DNA from: Antedon mediterranea
Taxonomy: Eukaryota; Animalia; Echinodermata
DNA length: 64,000 nt
Assembly: GCF_964355755.1 (NCBI RefSeq)
Contig: NC_092678.1
Span: 20,043,365 to 20,107,364 of the forward strand
Direction: 5' to 3'
A program made the position numbers and the translations under genes. Position 1 is the first letter of the stretch. The number at the start of each line of letters is the position of its first letter. Of this stretch, positions 36,881 to 51,189 are shown piece by piece. Under the pieces are notes generated by a model, which was given only the letters and a program-made list of their open reading frames with translations, did no database searches and had not been told where the DNA came from.

Positions 36881-37085
36881 CATATAGTAAACACTTTAAA
36901 TCGATATATCCGGGAACTTTAAATAAGATAGCACCACGAGGTCGTTTAGTTATTGGTTTTGTTAGTTTACTATTTTTCCAGTGTTGCCATCAGTTTTCCC
37001 ATCAAATAATATTGACGAACTGTGTACCATTCATCAATGAATACCTAATTGAATTACCTGTTGTCAGCATGGTCAACAAAAGCTG

Positions 37086-37700
37086 CATCATCATCATTGA
37101 CATCATCATCATCATCTTATGATCAGCATCAACATTATCATCATCATCTCATGGTCATGATGATGATGATGATCATCATCATCATTATTATCGTCTCCAT
37201 CATCATTATCATCGACATCATCATCACCGTCGACATCATCATGCGACCACCCGAGTCTAGGGCCTTTTCTAGTTGCACGACTGTCACTGATCATCATCAT
37301 CTTAATGATTTCATGATAATTATCATCATCGACATCATCATCATCATCATCGACATTATCATCATTAGCATCATCGACATCATCGTCGTAATCGACATCA
37401 TCATTATCATTTCATCATCTCATGATCATCATCATCATCACCAACATCATCGGCATCATCATCATCATCTCATGATCATCATTAACATTTTCATCATCGG
37501 CATCATCATCATCATTATCATCATCGTCATCGACATCATCTCATGATCATCATCATCTCATGATGATCATTATCATCATCATCATCCCATGATCATCATA
37601 TCATCATCATGATCATCATATCATCATCATGATCATCATCATAAGGATCAATCATCATTATCATCATCATCACACTCCTACACCAGTCATCATCTTTCAT
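37086..37700. repeat. Degenerate (ATC)n microsatellite
   Basis: About 600 bp of CAT/ATC triplets. Confidence 0.95.
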
Positions 37701-38329
37701 AGATATTAATATCATTCTGAGATGAGAGTAGTAGTAAGTCAGTACAGTTTATCTTTGTGTTAAATTATACGTAATTGTTACTTACTATGGACCAGCGAGT
37801 CCAACAAAGATTGAATTGAAAAAAAAGTTAAATATAATCATAATGATTGAATACGATTGTGAATCATTCATAATTTTTACTGATTCCTTTGTGTCACTCC
37901 TCTTTTTCTACCATCACAATGAAACAATGGATTCGTGTAATGACTATCCAATATTGCAAATACGACAAAGAAACAATTTCATTACAATCTCGATTTATTA
38001 CCATCGATGTGTTAGCATTGTCTATTAATCGTTTCGATCGATCGTCAAAACGATCAAAAGATGATGAGTAATTGTTTGATGAAAAATATAAATATTAATT
38101 TTTAAATTCTGAATATGACTCTTAATCTTTCTTTTCTTTCTTTTTTTTATCTGTAAAAATAGTTTCTATAGGCCTAATTTATGTTTTTTTTATGTATAAT
38201 ATTTAAATTTCTTTATTTATGTAACCTAGTGATATACTTGTGTTACAGTGATAGGTTCCAGGTTTTTTTTTTGTGTGTTTTTGTGTCGCACGCCTAGTCA
38301 TCATCACAGTCATTGGTTATCATGTTTTT

Positions 38330-38972
38330 TAAAAGTTTATTTTCGGATATTTGGCAATACAATTACAAGAATAAAGAATTGTTGTAATTCCTTAATCTAA
38401 CTATATGTTTTTGTTGGGATTTTATCGTTGGAATCTTTTTTTTTTATAGTTTATATAACATGTTTTTATACTGTTGATTTCGGCAATACGATAATAAAGA
38501 ATTGGTTTAATTCCATAACTATGTTTTTGTTGGATTTTATCAATGGAGACTTTGTTTTTTGTTTAGTTTGTGCATAGAGATATTATCTCATGGTTTGTGT
38601 AACATTTTTTATATAATTGACAGTTAAAAAAAAAAGAATAAAGAGTCTGTTTTAATTCCATAATCTAACAATGTTTTTGTTAGGATTTTATTGTTGTTTT
38701 GTTAAGTTTATAGAATAATTAGCAGTACAGGGATAAGAAGAAGAGTCTGTTTTAATTAAAAAATCTAACCATTTTTAGCATTTGAATCTTTACTTTTTGT
38801 TTAGTTTATATAATGTTGTTAGTGTTATTTCTGATATAATTGGCAGTACAAGGATAAGAAGAGAAAGCCTGTTTAAATTCAACAATCTAACCATTTTCTA
38901 TCATTTGAATCTTTGCTTTTTGTTTAGTTTATTATAATGTTGTTAGTGTTATTTGTGATATAATTGACAGTA
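38330..38972. repeat. About 120-130-bp degenerate tandem repeat x5
   Basis: Recurrent GGCA(A/G)TAC..AAGA..TTTAATTCC..AATCTAAC..TAGTTTAT. Confidence 0.75.
38573..38592. mobile_element. 20-bp CATAGA insert with 7-bp TSD
   Basis: gtttgtg[CATAGAGATATTATCTCATG]gtttgtg. Confidence 0.7.
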
Positions 38973-39648
38973 CCTCCATGGTACATGTTGATTTTCTCAC
39001 TCGGATTGGTATTGATTAGATGTTGTAACAACTCCCTGATCAGATTGTATCTAAACCTGCAATGATTATGTACGGTGGTAGTACCGTAAAACAACGATAT
39101 TAAAAGATCCATATCATTAGACAATATAAACAATATCACTAATATTTAATCATTATATTATATAACACGTGACACATCTTTTAATGCAGGTTATTGTGTT
39201 TTAGTCTTTGTTGTAATTTGTATTGTACCATGTAAAGCCATCTCTCGTGATTCATATTATCATTATAACAACAATGAATAGGCTTACCATTATACAGAAA
39301 TAAAATAGGCTAAATTAGTAGTTGTTAGTCCAGGATTTTATTTTTTTGAATTGTTGTTTTTGTTATTAGCTATTTTGTACCGAATGTTGATGGGAAATTA
39401 TCGTTTGTGTTTGACTTGTTTACCCAAATCTATGGTTTTAAGAGTTTTGAATACTGAAAGTGATCTTACACAATGAATATCTGTTACGGTCTTCATATCT
39501 CTTCACTAAATCCGAGAAAATCCTATTTTAGTGTGAATTTCTATCAAGTATTGTTGTGCATATAAGGCCTTTTTTATTCCGGAAAAAAAGTGATCAATCA
39601 ATAGTTGCAATGTAGGGTTCATGTTTGTATTCCAGTAATATGTTATCC

Positions 39649-39672
39649 CATAGAGATATTCAAATATCTATT
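39649..39672. mobile_element. 24-bp CATAGA insert with 7-bp TSD
   Basis: gttatcc[CATAGAGATATTCAAATATCTATT]gttatcc. Confidence 0.7.
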
Positions 39673-42600
39673 GTTATCCAACAAAAAAAAAAACCAAAAA
39701 AATGGCCCACAAGACACCCAAATACTAATAATCCCTGTACGATGGTACCGTATGGAACGCCATACAATAGGTACATTGTGTCCGTTCTCTACTGTTTCTA
39801 AACAATGAAATGTAGTAATCGTGACAAGGGCCATGTAATGTACCTTAATGAAAGGTCATCGAGATAACTTATCACCTGTTTGTGCAATATGGTGTATTCA
39901 AGATAACCCTACGTCACCCCTACTCCATCTCCATTTCGATATGATTGTCAGTGCATATTGTATATGTTTAGGCTTACCACTGCAAAGTAGTGCAACATTT
40001 GTAAGCTTAGAAATAATCTCCGCAAACCCCCCTCCAACCCTCGCACCCATGCTCTTTTCACCGGAGACCAGAATTATGTTTGGTCAAATCATACCTTAGA
40101 CAGCAGACGAATTAAATCTATCTTTTCTTTATTTCATTTTCATTTCGTTTATTTATTTATATACCATAATGTAAAATATACAGAGATGAATTGGCCAGGG
40201 ACTGCTAAAGTAAACCAGGATTACTATAACTTCAAGAGTCAACAGTCCCCATGATCTTTTATACACACGTTTGCAATTTTCCCTTCTTCATACAACACCC
40301 AACCTCTATCTTGAAACGACGTCCAAGTATCAGTAAAATATTAATGTTATGAATATCAACAAACAAAGGGATTATTCATTTCAATCGTTCTTGCAGTTAA
40401 AAATATTGAATTACAACTATCGTTTTTACAATTTATAAAAATAGCAACAATTGGATAATCATAACAATACAATTTAACAAAAATACCAGTGTCAAAATAT
40501 ATATAATATATCGATATTATCGTTAGTGGAAATTTTCCGCGACTTCTGATATGATAAATCTACCGATTATACTGTGTAATCATCATTATGAGATGAGTGA
40601 ATCATCATTGTTGGCCGTCTAATGAAATACAGTACCATCTAGTAGGCAGTGGAACATCCAGAAAATTCAGGAAAGTTTAAAGAAACGTATCACACTGATA
40701 ATGTACAGCGTATTAGAAACGTCTCGATTGGCAGTTATTTCTTGTATGCTTAGACTTAATATGTCTACTCCCTGATGTAATAGTTTGTGTTTATTAGGTA
40801 AATATGTATAGATATGTTCTTTATCAACAAAATGTGTAAAGATTCATCAGGAAGATTATATCAATAATCATTATTCGATGTTTCATGGTTGATTTATCAA
40901 GGAATATAACAATTATAAAGATTTTTAAATATATTTAGTACACTAATAAGGCATGTTGTAATAATTTTCGCTTAATTTAAATAGTTCGAATTGGACTAAA
41001 TTATAGGCAGATTTTACCGAGATCACGTTAAAGTGGGGTTGGTATTTGACAAGTTTTTTTACTTCTTTTCGATCTCTGAAGAAACAGTTCTTATTTATTG
41101 CTACCATTTAAGTTATTGTAAATGCATCCTGCTTTTCTAATTGTGAATGTTAAAATGTTGAAAGTTTCCATTGGTAACATCTTTCCATCATTTGCAAAAC
41201 AAAACAGGCATATGTTAGCCATGCCCTGTTCATGTAGACATATATTGTCAGTGTGTGCACAAATATGCGTCAGTAAGCCTTAGTACTGTATCATATCATT
41301 ACATTTTTTGACAAAAATAATATTGAGGTTTTCACAATGAGAAATAGGTCGAAAGGCCCTCGGTAGCGAATGCGCTGAACCAATCGTAAACAAAGGGACC
41401 TTGTTTTAAATCTGGAATAACTAAAATAGGACAACCTACCACTGGTTTTTGACGTAAGGAATGCCAGTCCTGCTGTGTGTACCTTACCCGGGGACACATT
41501 CCGTCGATAAAAATCATGAAATTGATCCTCACTGCTGTTTATATTGTTTTTAGCCTCCGTACAGTATTAGGTCTAGGTACCATATGATATTGACAAGAGT
41601 TGCATCTGTTTCACATGCCAATATTAATATTTTAGGCCTTGTGTGTATCTAGTAATTATAACATACCCCTTCTTCCCCTGTCTCCTTTCTCCCACCCTGT
41701 CTCCCCCTCCGTCTCCTCCCACGTACATTTCTCCTCCCACCCCTCCCCTCCCCCCCCCCCCCATTTTTCAACACATTGTTATTGTTAGTCCTTGTCAGGC
41801 CACATTTATCAAACGAGCTAAGCAAAAGGTATTATCTTAACTTTTGTAAGTTAATAATTTAGCTTAAGTCATTTTTTTCCCTAAAATTACCTAGCACACT
41901 TAACGTATACAGTATTATTTTTCTTAAATTTTAAATGACGAAATCTATTTCATAAGATGAAAAGACACCTTGTTGTCATGGAGGAAAGTTTATTTTTCAC
42001 TTAAGTGATAAGCAAAAATATTGATAAAAGCCAGTCTTCATCTTAATCAAAAGCATCATAACTAATACGACAATATTTGTATTTTGGTAAAAACCCATAG
42101 CAACAACGGATCGGTTTTTGTAACTTCTGTATTTTATTAAGGAATTTTTCTCGATGAATGCACCCCTGTGTTGTTCGTTCATTCGCCCATTCCCAAAACA
42201 TCAACAACTCATTGACCTGTTTCTCGACACAGCCTCAGCTGATTGATTACAATCTAACCAGTGATTGGTTGAATTGCCTTTGTTGTCATAAAACGTAATA
42301 GCCTGCCTTTGGTCTCTTGTTTGCAGGGAAATCCTTTATCGCTTTCATTCTCCAATTCAAGGCTAATAGTCTGCAAAAAGCATCATCGAGGCGTGCTTCC
42401 TTTCTGATTGGTTGGAATATACACGGTTGCTATGTGAACAGCTCGTTGCCAGGTACGATTATAAGTTCACCAAAGCGTCAAAATATGCCCAAGTAATGCA
42501 ACAATAACACGATTCAGCGAAGCGATTTCAGCCAATTAAAGTTCAAAAGTGCTCGAAGGTGTTTTAGCAACTTAAGCCTGGCCAAGCTGGAAGTATTATT

Positions 42601-45239
42601 CTTTTTGTACTGAAACACGTTCATAACAATCGAACATCTGCTGCTTCTAAAATGTCAATAAACAAAATCCGATAGAGGTAAATTCAAGGTGACCCTAGTT
42701 TACCTCGTAAATGATTTAATTCTTACAGAATACTCGCCTATTTTAACAGATCAGCTTCCTGTGTTAATTGGAATGCGATAGTTTTCTTGATAAGTGCATT
42801 ACGTAAATCCATAAAGAAATAATCCTCTACTGTAAATCTAAACTTCTTTCTTTATAATCTATTGTTACTCCAGAAGTTAGAGCAAAATTATCCTTGTTAT
42901 ACAATATTATGTATTCGGGACAAATTGTAGATTACTTTGCAGTAAAGAAATTGTTTCTGTTTTTCCCTACTTGATATTTATTTAGAATGGCATCCCATTA
43001 TGTCAAAGGATATGCCAATGTATAAATGACTATGTATACATCCTCTCCTCTTCCTCCTCCAAATTACATCTTCTTTCCCTGATTTTGAGTATGTGATAAC
43101 CATTCTGGCTAATGTCCTTTCAAACAGCTTTAGTGTTTATCTATCAATACAACATATCTTGATGCAGTCAACACTGTGTACTTCGTTTTATACTGCAACA
43201 TTAAGATTAGAATTGGTGGGAATATTATTTTGTAATCATTCGTGTAGAAAATTCACGCCAAATAAAGACACATTGTACCAAATAAGGATCATCTTAGTTC
43301 GCACTTTTTGGCACATATGACGTTTCATATGTATACTACTTGAGCTTGCAAACTTGTATTTCATAACTACAGACTTGCGGCAAGTCTAGCACTTTACCAG
43401 TAAGCTTTGACACAAGACGTTTGACCAATCTCTTGTGATGCATCCCTACCAAGCGGAGAAGTTCCCATGTTGATTTATCAACTTACGCTAATAAAACATG
43501 GAATCGAACATTTGTTTACCTGTAAAGGTAGTGCAGGTGTAGCATAAATCAGCATGGGCAAGCTCTACTGCATAAATCATGCGTGTTTGATGGCTCAACC
43601 AGACCCATTTTGTATCACACTCTTGGGTATTGTCTTGTCTGGCACTTTACAACTTGACTGTATCAGGTAACTTGTTTGCATGGAAATTCACCACCATTTT
43701 GACATATGGAAATTGTTATGTTTTTAATCCTTCCCCCTCCAACAGGCTTTTCCAAGAATTCAATTTTGTTTTGCCTATGAATTTGTTTTCCTATTTTACC
43801 TTTTTTATAGTATACCGTTTCATTTGTTTTATCTTTTGAAATATATTGTGTTATTTTACGGATGTTATTAACTGGTATTGCATTTAAAAGGTTTATACTG
43901 CTATATTCTATACTCTGAATATATTTAGATACTTTGGTAATTAATTCCCTCCTGTTTCAGAGGGAATTTACCAACTATCTAAATTCGTTACATACACATT
44001 TCTCTGTACCCTCATTTGTTTTCTGCAGCACTGCAAATGTTATTTATCTACAACAATCAGGGAAAACATTTCATGTTGAAATTTTGTTTAGCAATATTGC
44101 TAATCAAACTGATTTTTTAGTCCAGAAACATAGTTTTTGTACGGTTTTTTTTTCTACACATTAGAAATGTAGCAGTAAGTAAGGTTGTTTTAATTTTTAC
44201 AGGTTTTTTCTAAGTACACTGCCGACATTATTTCCAGTGTTACAACACGATTTGTGAAAAGAACTATTTCCATACATACTACTACAACAGTCTAAATCAA
44301 AATATTATTATTACGTGATCTAAAATGAACGCTTTGTTGCTATGAGGTTTCTACAATAACAAATTACAACTCGTTTCAGTTCCGAAAGGTTGAAGTATTT
44401 CCGTTACGTCACGTCCGTTTAATGCGATCGTCTGGGAATGGATTTCCCATGTCCATGAACCAAAACAGAGGTGATTCCATGGTAATGTGTAGGCCTATAT
44501 TAAAACTTAGAAACAAATATAATACGACTGGACACCAGATAAAGAAACAGAACACAGTTAGATAATTTGATATTTCGATAATCAAATCAAGAATCTAATT
44601 CTTCAAAATGATCAACACAGCAGATCAAAACCTTCTAAAAAATGTGCCAAATCTCTTTATTTTCCGCTAAACTCGTTTCATTTTACTGATTTCACGTTTT
44701 TTATTCCCTAGTTGTTGTTTTCTTTTCTGTTTATTGTTTCATTAATAAAAAGATATTTTTTCCTCTTTGTGTAACTAGTTTTGATGCCAAAATAAACTCC
44801 AGTTTGTGTGTACTTTGCTTTAAATCATTTTACGATTCCAACTCGAGCGTTTAAAATTGAAATTGAATGGACTGTATAATTCATCAACACAAATAATTAA
44901 TGATAATACAAATATAACGCCATAGCATTTTATATCACTGTTTACACAATTATTGATGATCGGTTCAGCGAAGTGATTATTTATTCATGCTTAAGCTAAA
45001 TCCCGGATGTAAACGTCTTTACTTTATCTTTAATTTATTGACTGGAAGAACAATTAAGTTGGCGGGAAATTCTATTTTCAGACAATAAAATATATTATTA
45101 ATGGTTTCTGTAAATATGAGAATCAAATACTGTAAAATCACAAGAAGCACTGTTTCTTGTAATTATTACCATTTTTTATCTGAATCACGACATTTCTTCT
45201 TAATGTGGGCCTAAATAAAAGTAAACTATTATTTGTCAT

Positions 45240-45770
45240 TTTTCAGTAAAGTAATCCAGTTCCCACTTTTCAACTCACCCCTTGGCCAAGTCTCCCCTTC
45301 ACAAAGTCGTACCGTACCGTTTCAAAGTCGTCCCGTACCGTTTCAAAGTCGTCCCATACACTCTCCCTCCCACCTTCTTTCAAAGTCAAGTCTTCACAAA
45401 GTCAATAATTTTCAAAGTCGCCCCAATACACATTACCCACTTTTCAAAGTCGATCCTTCACAAAGTCGTTCAATTCCAATTTATTTCGAAACTATTTTAA
45501 CATACATGATATACACAGTAAATGTTAAACACGTTTGTTAATATGAAATTGCATTTAAGTTTAGTCGAGTGGTGGAAGGGTGGTGGGTGGTGGAGGAGTC
45601 ATATAAGTCAGACATACTTTAAGCAGGGAGTTGTTCTTTAAGTTTGACCCATCCCAAGATATAACTTTAATGTCGCCCCCAATACACATTACTCCTTTTC
45701 ACAGTCCACCCTTCACAACGTCGTTCCGTTTCAAAGTTCTCCCCTTTTCATTTCGAGTATCAAAGTCTCT
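45240..45770. repeat. TTTCAAAGTCGTCCC subrepeat cluster, probable transposon subterminal remnant
   Basis: More than 10 copies of CAAAGTC(G); GTCGCCCC(C)CAATACACATTAC occurs twice. Confidence 0.6.
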
Positions 45771-48700
45771 TGTTTATACCTAGCTAGTACTACAGTATTA
45801 CAAGCTGGTACCAATAGGCCTATAGTTCATACGGTAGCTTTTAGAAATCGGTTTTAGGAATCTCTCATTAAAAAATGTATGTATGACCAACTTCAAACTT
45901 TTAATTTCCTTGTACCAACGCATCTCATTAAGTCTCTGTTGGTATGAAACAATTAAGTTTTGTTTGGAAACAAAAACAGCACCAGCATCTTTAGGTATAA
46001 AGTAAAATACCCGTATTTTACAATTATTGTTCACCTTCTAAACAATTGGTTACATCAGTGTTAGGCCCTCATCAGTACGTCTTTATGGATTATTCCATTT
46101 TGTTATTAAGTTACCCACAAAGAATTAATCTACCTGCTTATTATTCAAACGCATTGTGCGCTATTCATTGGTACGAAACGTCTATGGGAATCTACTTCAG
46201 CCAGTGACAAATACCTTTGTTAACATTTGCCCTGGGGAGCCAGGCCAACGAATACGGTGACTTTATTATGTTAATACTACTGTCTCATAGATCTGCTATT
46301 TATCTTCCTTTTCTTTTTTTGGCCCAGTTTCGTCCAACGAATCGTCCTACTGAAAATGAACCGAATCGCATCGGGTCGAATCGTCCCGTATTCAACTGCT
46401 TGAATCTAAAGTATTGTACTGTATTGTGGATCTTATTGTAGATATCCGTACAATAAGTAGACGTTTGTGACTGTATACTCATGTATTTATTTTTCTATAC
46501 TTTTGTAATTTGTAAGTAAGATATCAGTAAGATATGATGTTATAAATATTCATATGTCTACTTAACTTCGCCTTAACCAAACAGACTTTTCCAAACTTGA
46601 CGTGTCTGCAAATACTAGTTGCTTATTCAAAAGCATTACTTTATATTAGTTTTTAATAATTTGGCCTTCGTACCATCTGGGTGAATGATTGAATAATCAA
46701 TTTCTAATCCAGAAGTTCTTTGATTGAAGATTATCTTCGGCGCAACCAATTGTTGTTAACCCGAATACATTCTTATTACTCTTTCTGATGCTTTGTATCC
46801 AGAACTCATAAGTATCTAAAATGTGAAGAACTTGTTAATTAACATGCATAATATAACACTTGACCTTTAGTATACCACCAGTATAATATGAAGTTAGCTC
46901 ACTAACACATTCTAAGTACTACTGATCAAGTGCGTGGGTTAAGAAAATATTCAGCATTTGCAAACTGGACATTTTGTCTATTTCCTGCAATTGAAACCTG
47001 ACATTTATAATTTAAATTCCTCGACTCATTAAAGATAGAAATTTCCTTATAAAGTAATAGTTTTATTCATTTCATGGTAGGTTCTAATCTTAACTCATGT
47101 GGTTTTAAATCTCGGGCACAGGCATGAATTTTAATTATAATATCTGGTTAATTGAACATAAATCAAATATTTGTAACAGAAATCAAGACGAAAAAACATG
47201 AACATTTTTCAAAATTCTGCCATAAAAACCAGCAAGACCTTTTTTCAGTAGTAGGTAGTTTAACCCAATGTAATAACATGTCTGGTGACTCCCTGAAAGT
47301 GAAAAAATGTTGAGTTATCAAATGTTTTGTTTTTCTCCATTTCAAGATCCAAGAAATGTGATTGTTCCACTTATAATTGAAATTCATTTTGCTTTGCATA
47401 ATTAAGACAATAAAAAACAATACTACCACAAGAACAACACATCAAATTGCACAAACGCTCCAATGTTAAAATACGGTTTATAGGCCAATGCTTAAAATAA
47501 TGTTAAAACTAATTACAAATTCAATTAAAGTTACAGTGCTAATTGTCGATAAAACGATGCAATCCAATGCATTGTATATAGACTTACAGTTGTAGTTACA
47601 GGCCCGTATAACAGTTAACACCTTACAGTTTTGTTTTTTGTTGTTTTTTTTTTAATTAAAGAACCATAACATTAAATAGAAAAGTACTTAAGTACCTAAT
47701 TATCGTCCACGATTGAACTATTTAAAGTCCGAAATATACTAATTATGTTGTAACATTCTGTCATATAGATTTGCTTGAAAATCTATAGAACTAGTGCGAG
47801 TATAGTAAACTTTAGAAACGTTTTCAAAGAAAGGAGCTGTGGAAGTCTGACGTCATGATCGACTCTGACGTCATTTCCTCGTCAAAATGGAACTCGTTCG
47901 GGTAGAAACGTCCTTTGCGAGATTAAATAATATTGCTAATTCTGTCGTGACACATTCATAGGTATGAATAGGTGTCCAGTCGAGTGCATCACACTTTGTT
48001 ATGATTCAATCGTGAAGGTATTTAATCATTTTGACGTACACAAACGAAACAACATTTATATTATATTTTATTGCAGTTTTGTTAACATTACATTAAAATA
48101 TGACTCATTATGAGTCGATGAATGATCACTACAACTTATAGTTAGTTGCATTTGTGTTTTTCTTTGATTTGTTTTTTTCGTTTTCGGTACCTATGGGTTT
48201 CTATGAAGTACAGTACCGTTTTATGATTTTTTTAAACATTTGTAATTGTCGATTATTATTACCTTAGTGACGTTTGTTGCATAATCTTTATGACTTTTCA
48301 TTAGCTCTTCTTTCATTTTCTAATTATTTACAAACGATTGTTTTCCTTCCTGACGTCACTATTACATTAAACGCGAGTCGGCGTAACCCTTTTCGTATTG
48401 TTTCCCGTAGTGGTTTGCCTCGAGATTTATGTTCTTTTCAGGACCTGTATAATAGTATCCTGATTGACCTATTTTAGGTTATCAAACAACGCCCTATACC
48501 CACTTTCTGTGTGCATTTCGCCAATTCATGTTATTTTCCGGCTAGGCTGGGTGGCACAGTTGGCCTCAGTGTATAGTACACATTATCTAATTAGGCCCTA
48601 GATTTAGGTCTACATTGATAGGCTTCTCTCAGCCTGAAAAAACTCTCGCTTACAGATTACCGGGGCTTAATCAGACCCTTGAAGATTGTAGATAGTGACA

Positions 48701-49379
48701 AAATAAAGTAACAGAAAGGAAAACTCGGATGAAATTTGGTAAAGTCTTTAAACGAAAAAAAAATCTGTTTATAGAAACGGTAAATTCTTCCGGTGATAAG
48801 AAAAGGTCAGGTTTTCGAAAAGGAAATAATTTATTTAAAAAGTCATCATCAATGTAGAGTTAGTTTCAATTCTTTGTTCATATACTACTTACTTTATAAG
48901 CCTTTAAAATTCATAGAATTGGCTGTTTAAAATAAAGTTCCGCAAAGAGTTTCTTTCGCATTGTGTATTAGTATTATAGTGCTTTAGTATATTTTAAACC
49001 CGGATCATTACACAATTACACTGTTTTATTACTTCAGCACGTCATATAAATACATTTTAAATTACCGTATTTTTCCCATACCGGTTTCAGCATTCGAGTT
49101 CATGATTGTGAGATAAAAAAAAATAGAATGACTGTATTCCTTCATTTTTCTATCTATATTTTTTTAAACAGTAACTGTACTGTCTCCACGTTAATAAAAA
49201 AAAAAAAAGCGGCCAATGTTATAATGATATGATTATTCAGTATTTCACTTTTTGTGTATGTCCAGTCCTGACATTTTATTTGACCTATCCCAATTTGTTT
49301 ATATGTTGTTATTCAATTTACTTTTAGTTATTCGTCCATTATAGTGTTTATTATAATTACCTATTGATAAACACTGCAG

Positions 49380-50338
49380 TCCCTATGTAACTGTAGGCCC
49401 TGTGTAACTGTAGGCCCTGTGTAACTGTAGGCCCTGTGTAACTGTAGGCCCTATGTAACTGTAGGCCCTGTGTAACTGTAGGCCCTGTGTAACTGTAGGC
49501 CCTGTGTAACTGTAGGCCCTATGTAACTGTAGGCCCTATGTAACTGTAGGCCCTATGTAACTGTAGGCCCTGTGTAACTGTAGGCCCTGTGTAACTGTAG
49601 GCCCTGTGTAACTGTAGGCCCTATGTAACTGTAGGCCCTGTGTAACTGTAGGCCCTGTGTAACTGTAGGCCCTGTGTAACTGTAGGCCCTGTGTAACTGT
49701 AGGCCCTGTGTAACTGTAGGCCCTGTGTAACTGTAGGCCCTGTGTAACTGTAGGCCCTGTGTAACTGTAGGCCCTGTGTAACTGTAGGCCCTGTGTAACT
49801 GTAGGCCCTGTGTAACTGTAGGCCCTGTGTAACTGTAGGCCCTGTGTAACTGTAGGCCCTGTGTAACTGTAGGCCATGTGTAACTGTAGGCCCTGTGTAA
49901 CTGTAGGCCCTGTGTAACTGTAGGCCCTGTGTAACTGTAGGCCCTGTGTAACTGTAGGCCCTGTGTAACTGTAGGCCCTGTGTAACTGTAGGCCCTGTGT
50001 AACTGTAGGCCCTGTGTAACTGTAGGCCCTGTGTAACTGTAGGCCCTGTGTAACTGTAGGCCCTGTGTAACTGTAGGCCCTGTGTAACTGTAGGCCCTGT
50101 GTAACTGTAGGCCCTGTGTAACTGTAGGCCCTGTGTAACTGTAGGCCCTGTGTAACTGTAAGCCCTGTGTAACTGTAGGCCCTGTGTAACTGTAGGCCCT
50201 ATGTAACTGTAGGCCCTGTGTAACTGTAGGCCCTGTGTAACTGTAGGCCCTGTGTAACTGTAGGCCCTGTGTAACTGTAGGCCCTGTGTAACTGTAGGCC
50301 CTGTGTAACTGTAGGCCCTATGTAACTGTAGGCCCTAT
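49380..50338. repeat. 17-bp minisatellite (TGTAGGCCCTGTGTAAC)n
   Basis: About 56 nearly identical units. Confidence 0.97.
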
Positions 50339-51189
50339 AGCCTGTCGAAATTGTATACGGTATATCTTTATTTCCTTCTGTTGATTATCGTATACATTCT
50401 AAAACTTATTAGTCCCAATATATTTAGGCCTAATCTTTGTTTTTAATTTTTCTTCTGGAAAACGTTTGATTATTTGGTGTTCTCATGATGTTTTGCATCA
50501 TACCGTTGGGGTTAGAGCAGAAGTTACTGTGTAGTGTCATTTCATTCTTTCCTGGTTAGAGTTAGGCCCAACGACGCTAACAATATATTGTGTTTGAACT
50601 GATCTGAGGGTATAGTGTAGTTTATTAATTAGTTTTAAAAAAGGGGTAGGGCCTATACCGTTTCAGAATTTTAAAAAAAATGTTTATCGTGGTTGATAAT
50701 GCTGGTGGTATAGGCGAGAAATATATTGTTTACGATTTTACATTATTTCCATCTATTTAAAGATTGCTGGCTGATAAACACCTTTTCATATCTCCTTTGT
50801 ACTGGTTTCTGAAGCCTTGTTTGTTTATTGACCGCCTACCTTGCTTTTCAATTAATCAATATGGTTTTTGCTGGTATCCGGTATTAAAGTAAAGCTTCTA
50901 ATGATTTATGTCAACAAGCTTTGTGTAACACTTACATAATGCTCAACTATAATATTTTCTTGAACTTTTAATAATGGTTTCTAAATTTGGGCCAATCGCG
51001 GCTACTCATGATGTAAATAATTAAGTTAAATTTTATTTGCACTAATATTTAATATTATTTCAACAATATTTTACGAGGGTGGTCTATCCACCTGAAGCTG
51101 ATCATTAGGGACCTTCAGAACAATACAATATGACAACATAACATACAACGCGATTAAAAATATAGAATTAAGGTTTTATTACAAAAAAA

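Noticed and set aside
37049-37546. His/Ile/Ser-rich ORF
   Set aside because: Translation of the (ATC)n microsatellite.
49536-49877. Repetitive 113-aa ORF; array superficially CRISPR-like
   Set aside because: It is a 17-bp tandem repeat with no spacers, no cas genes and a eukaryotic context.
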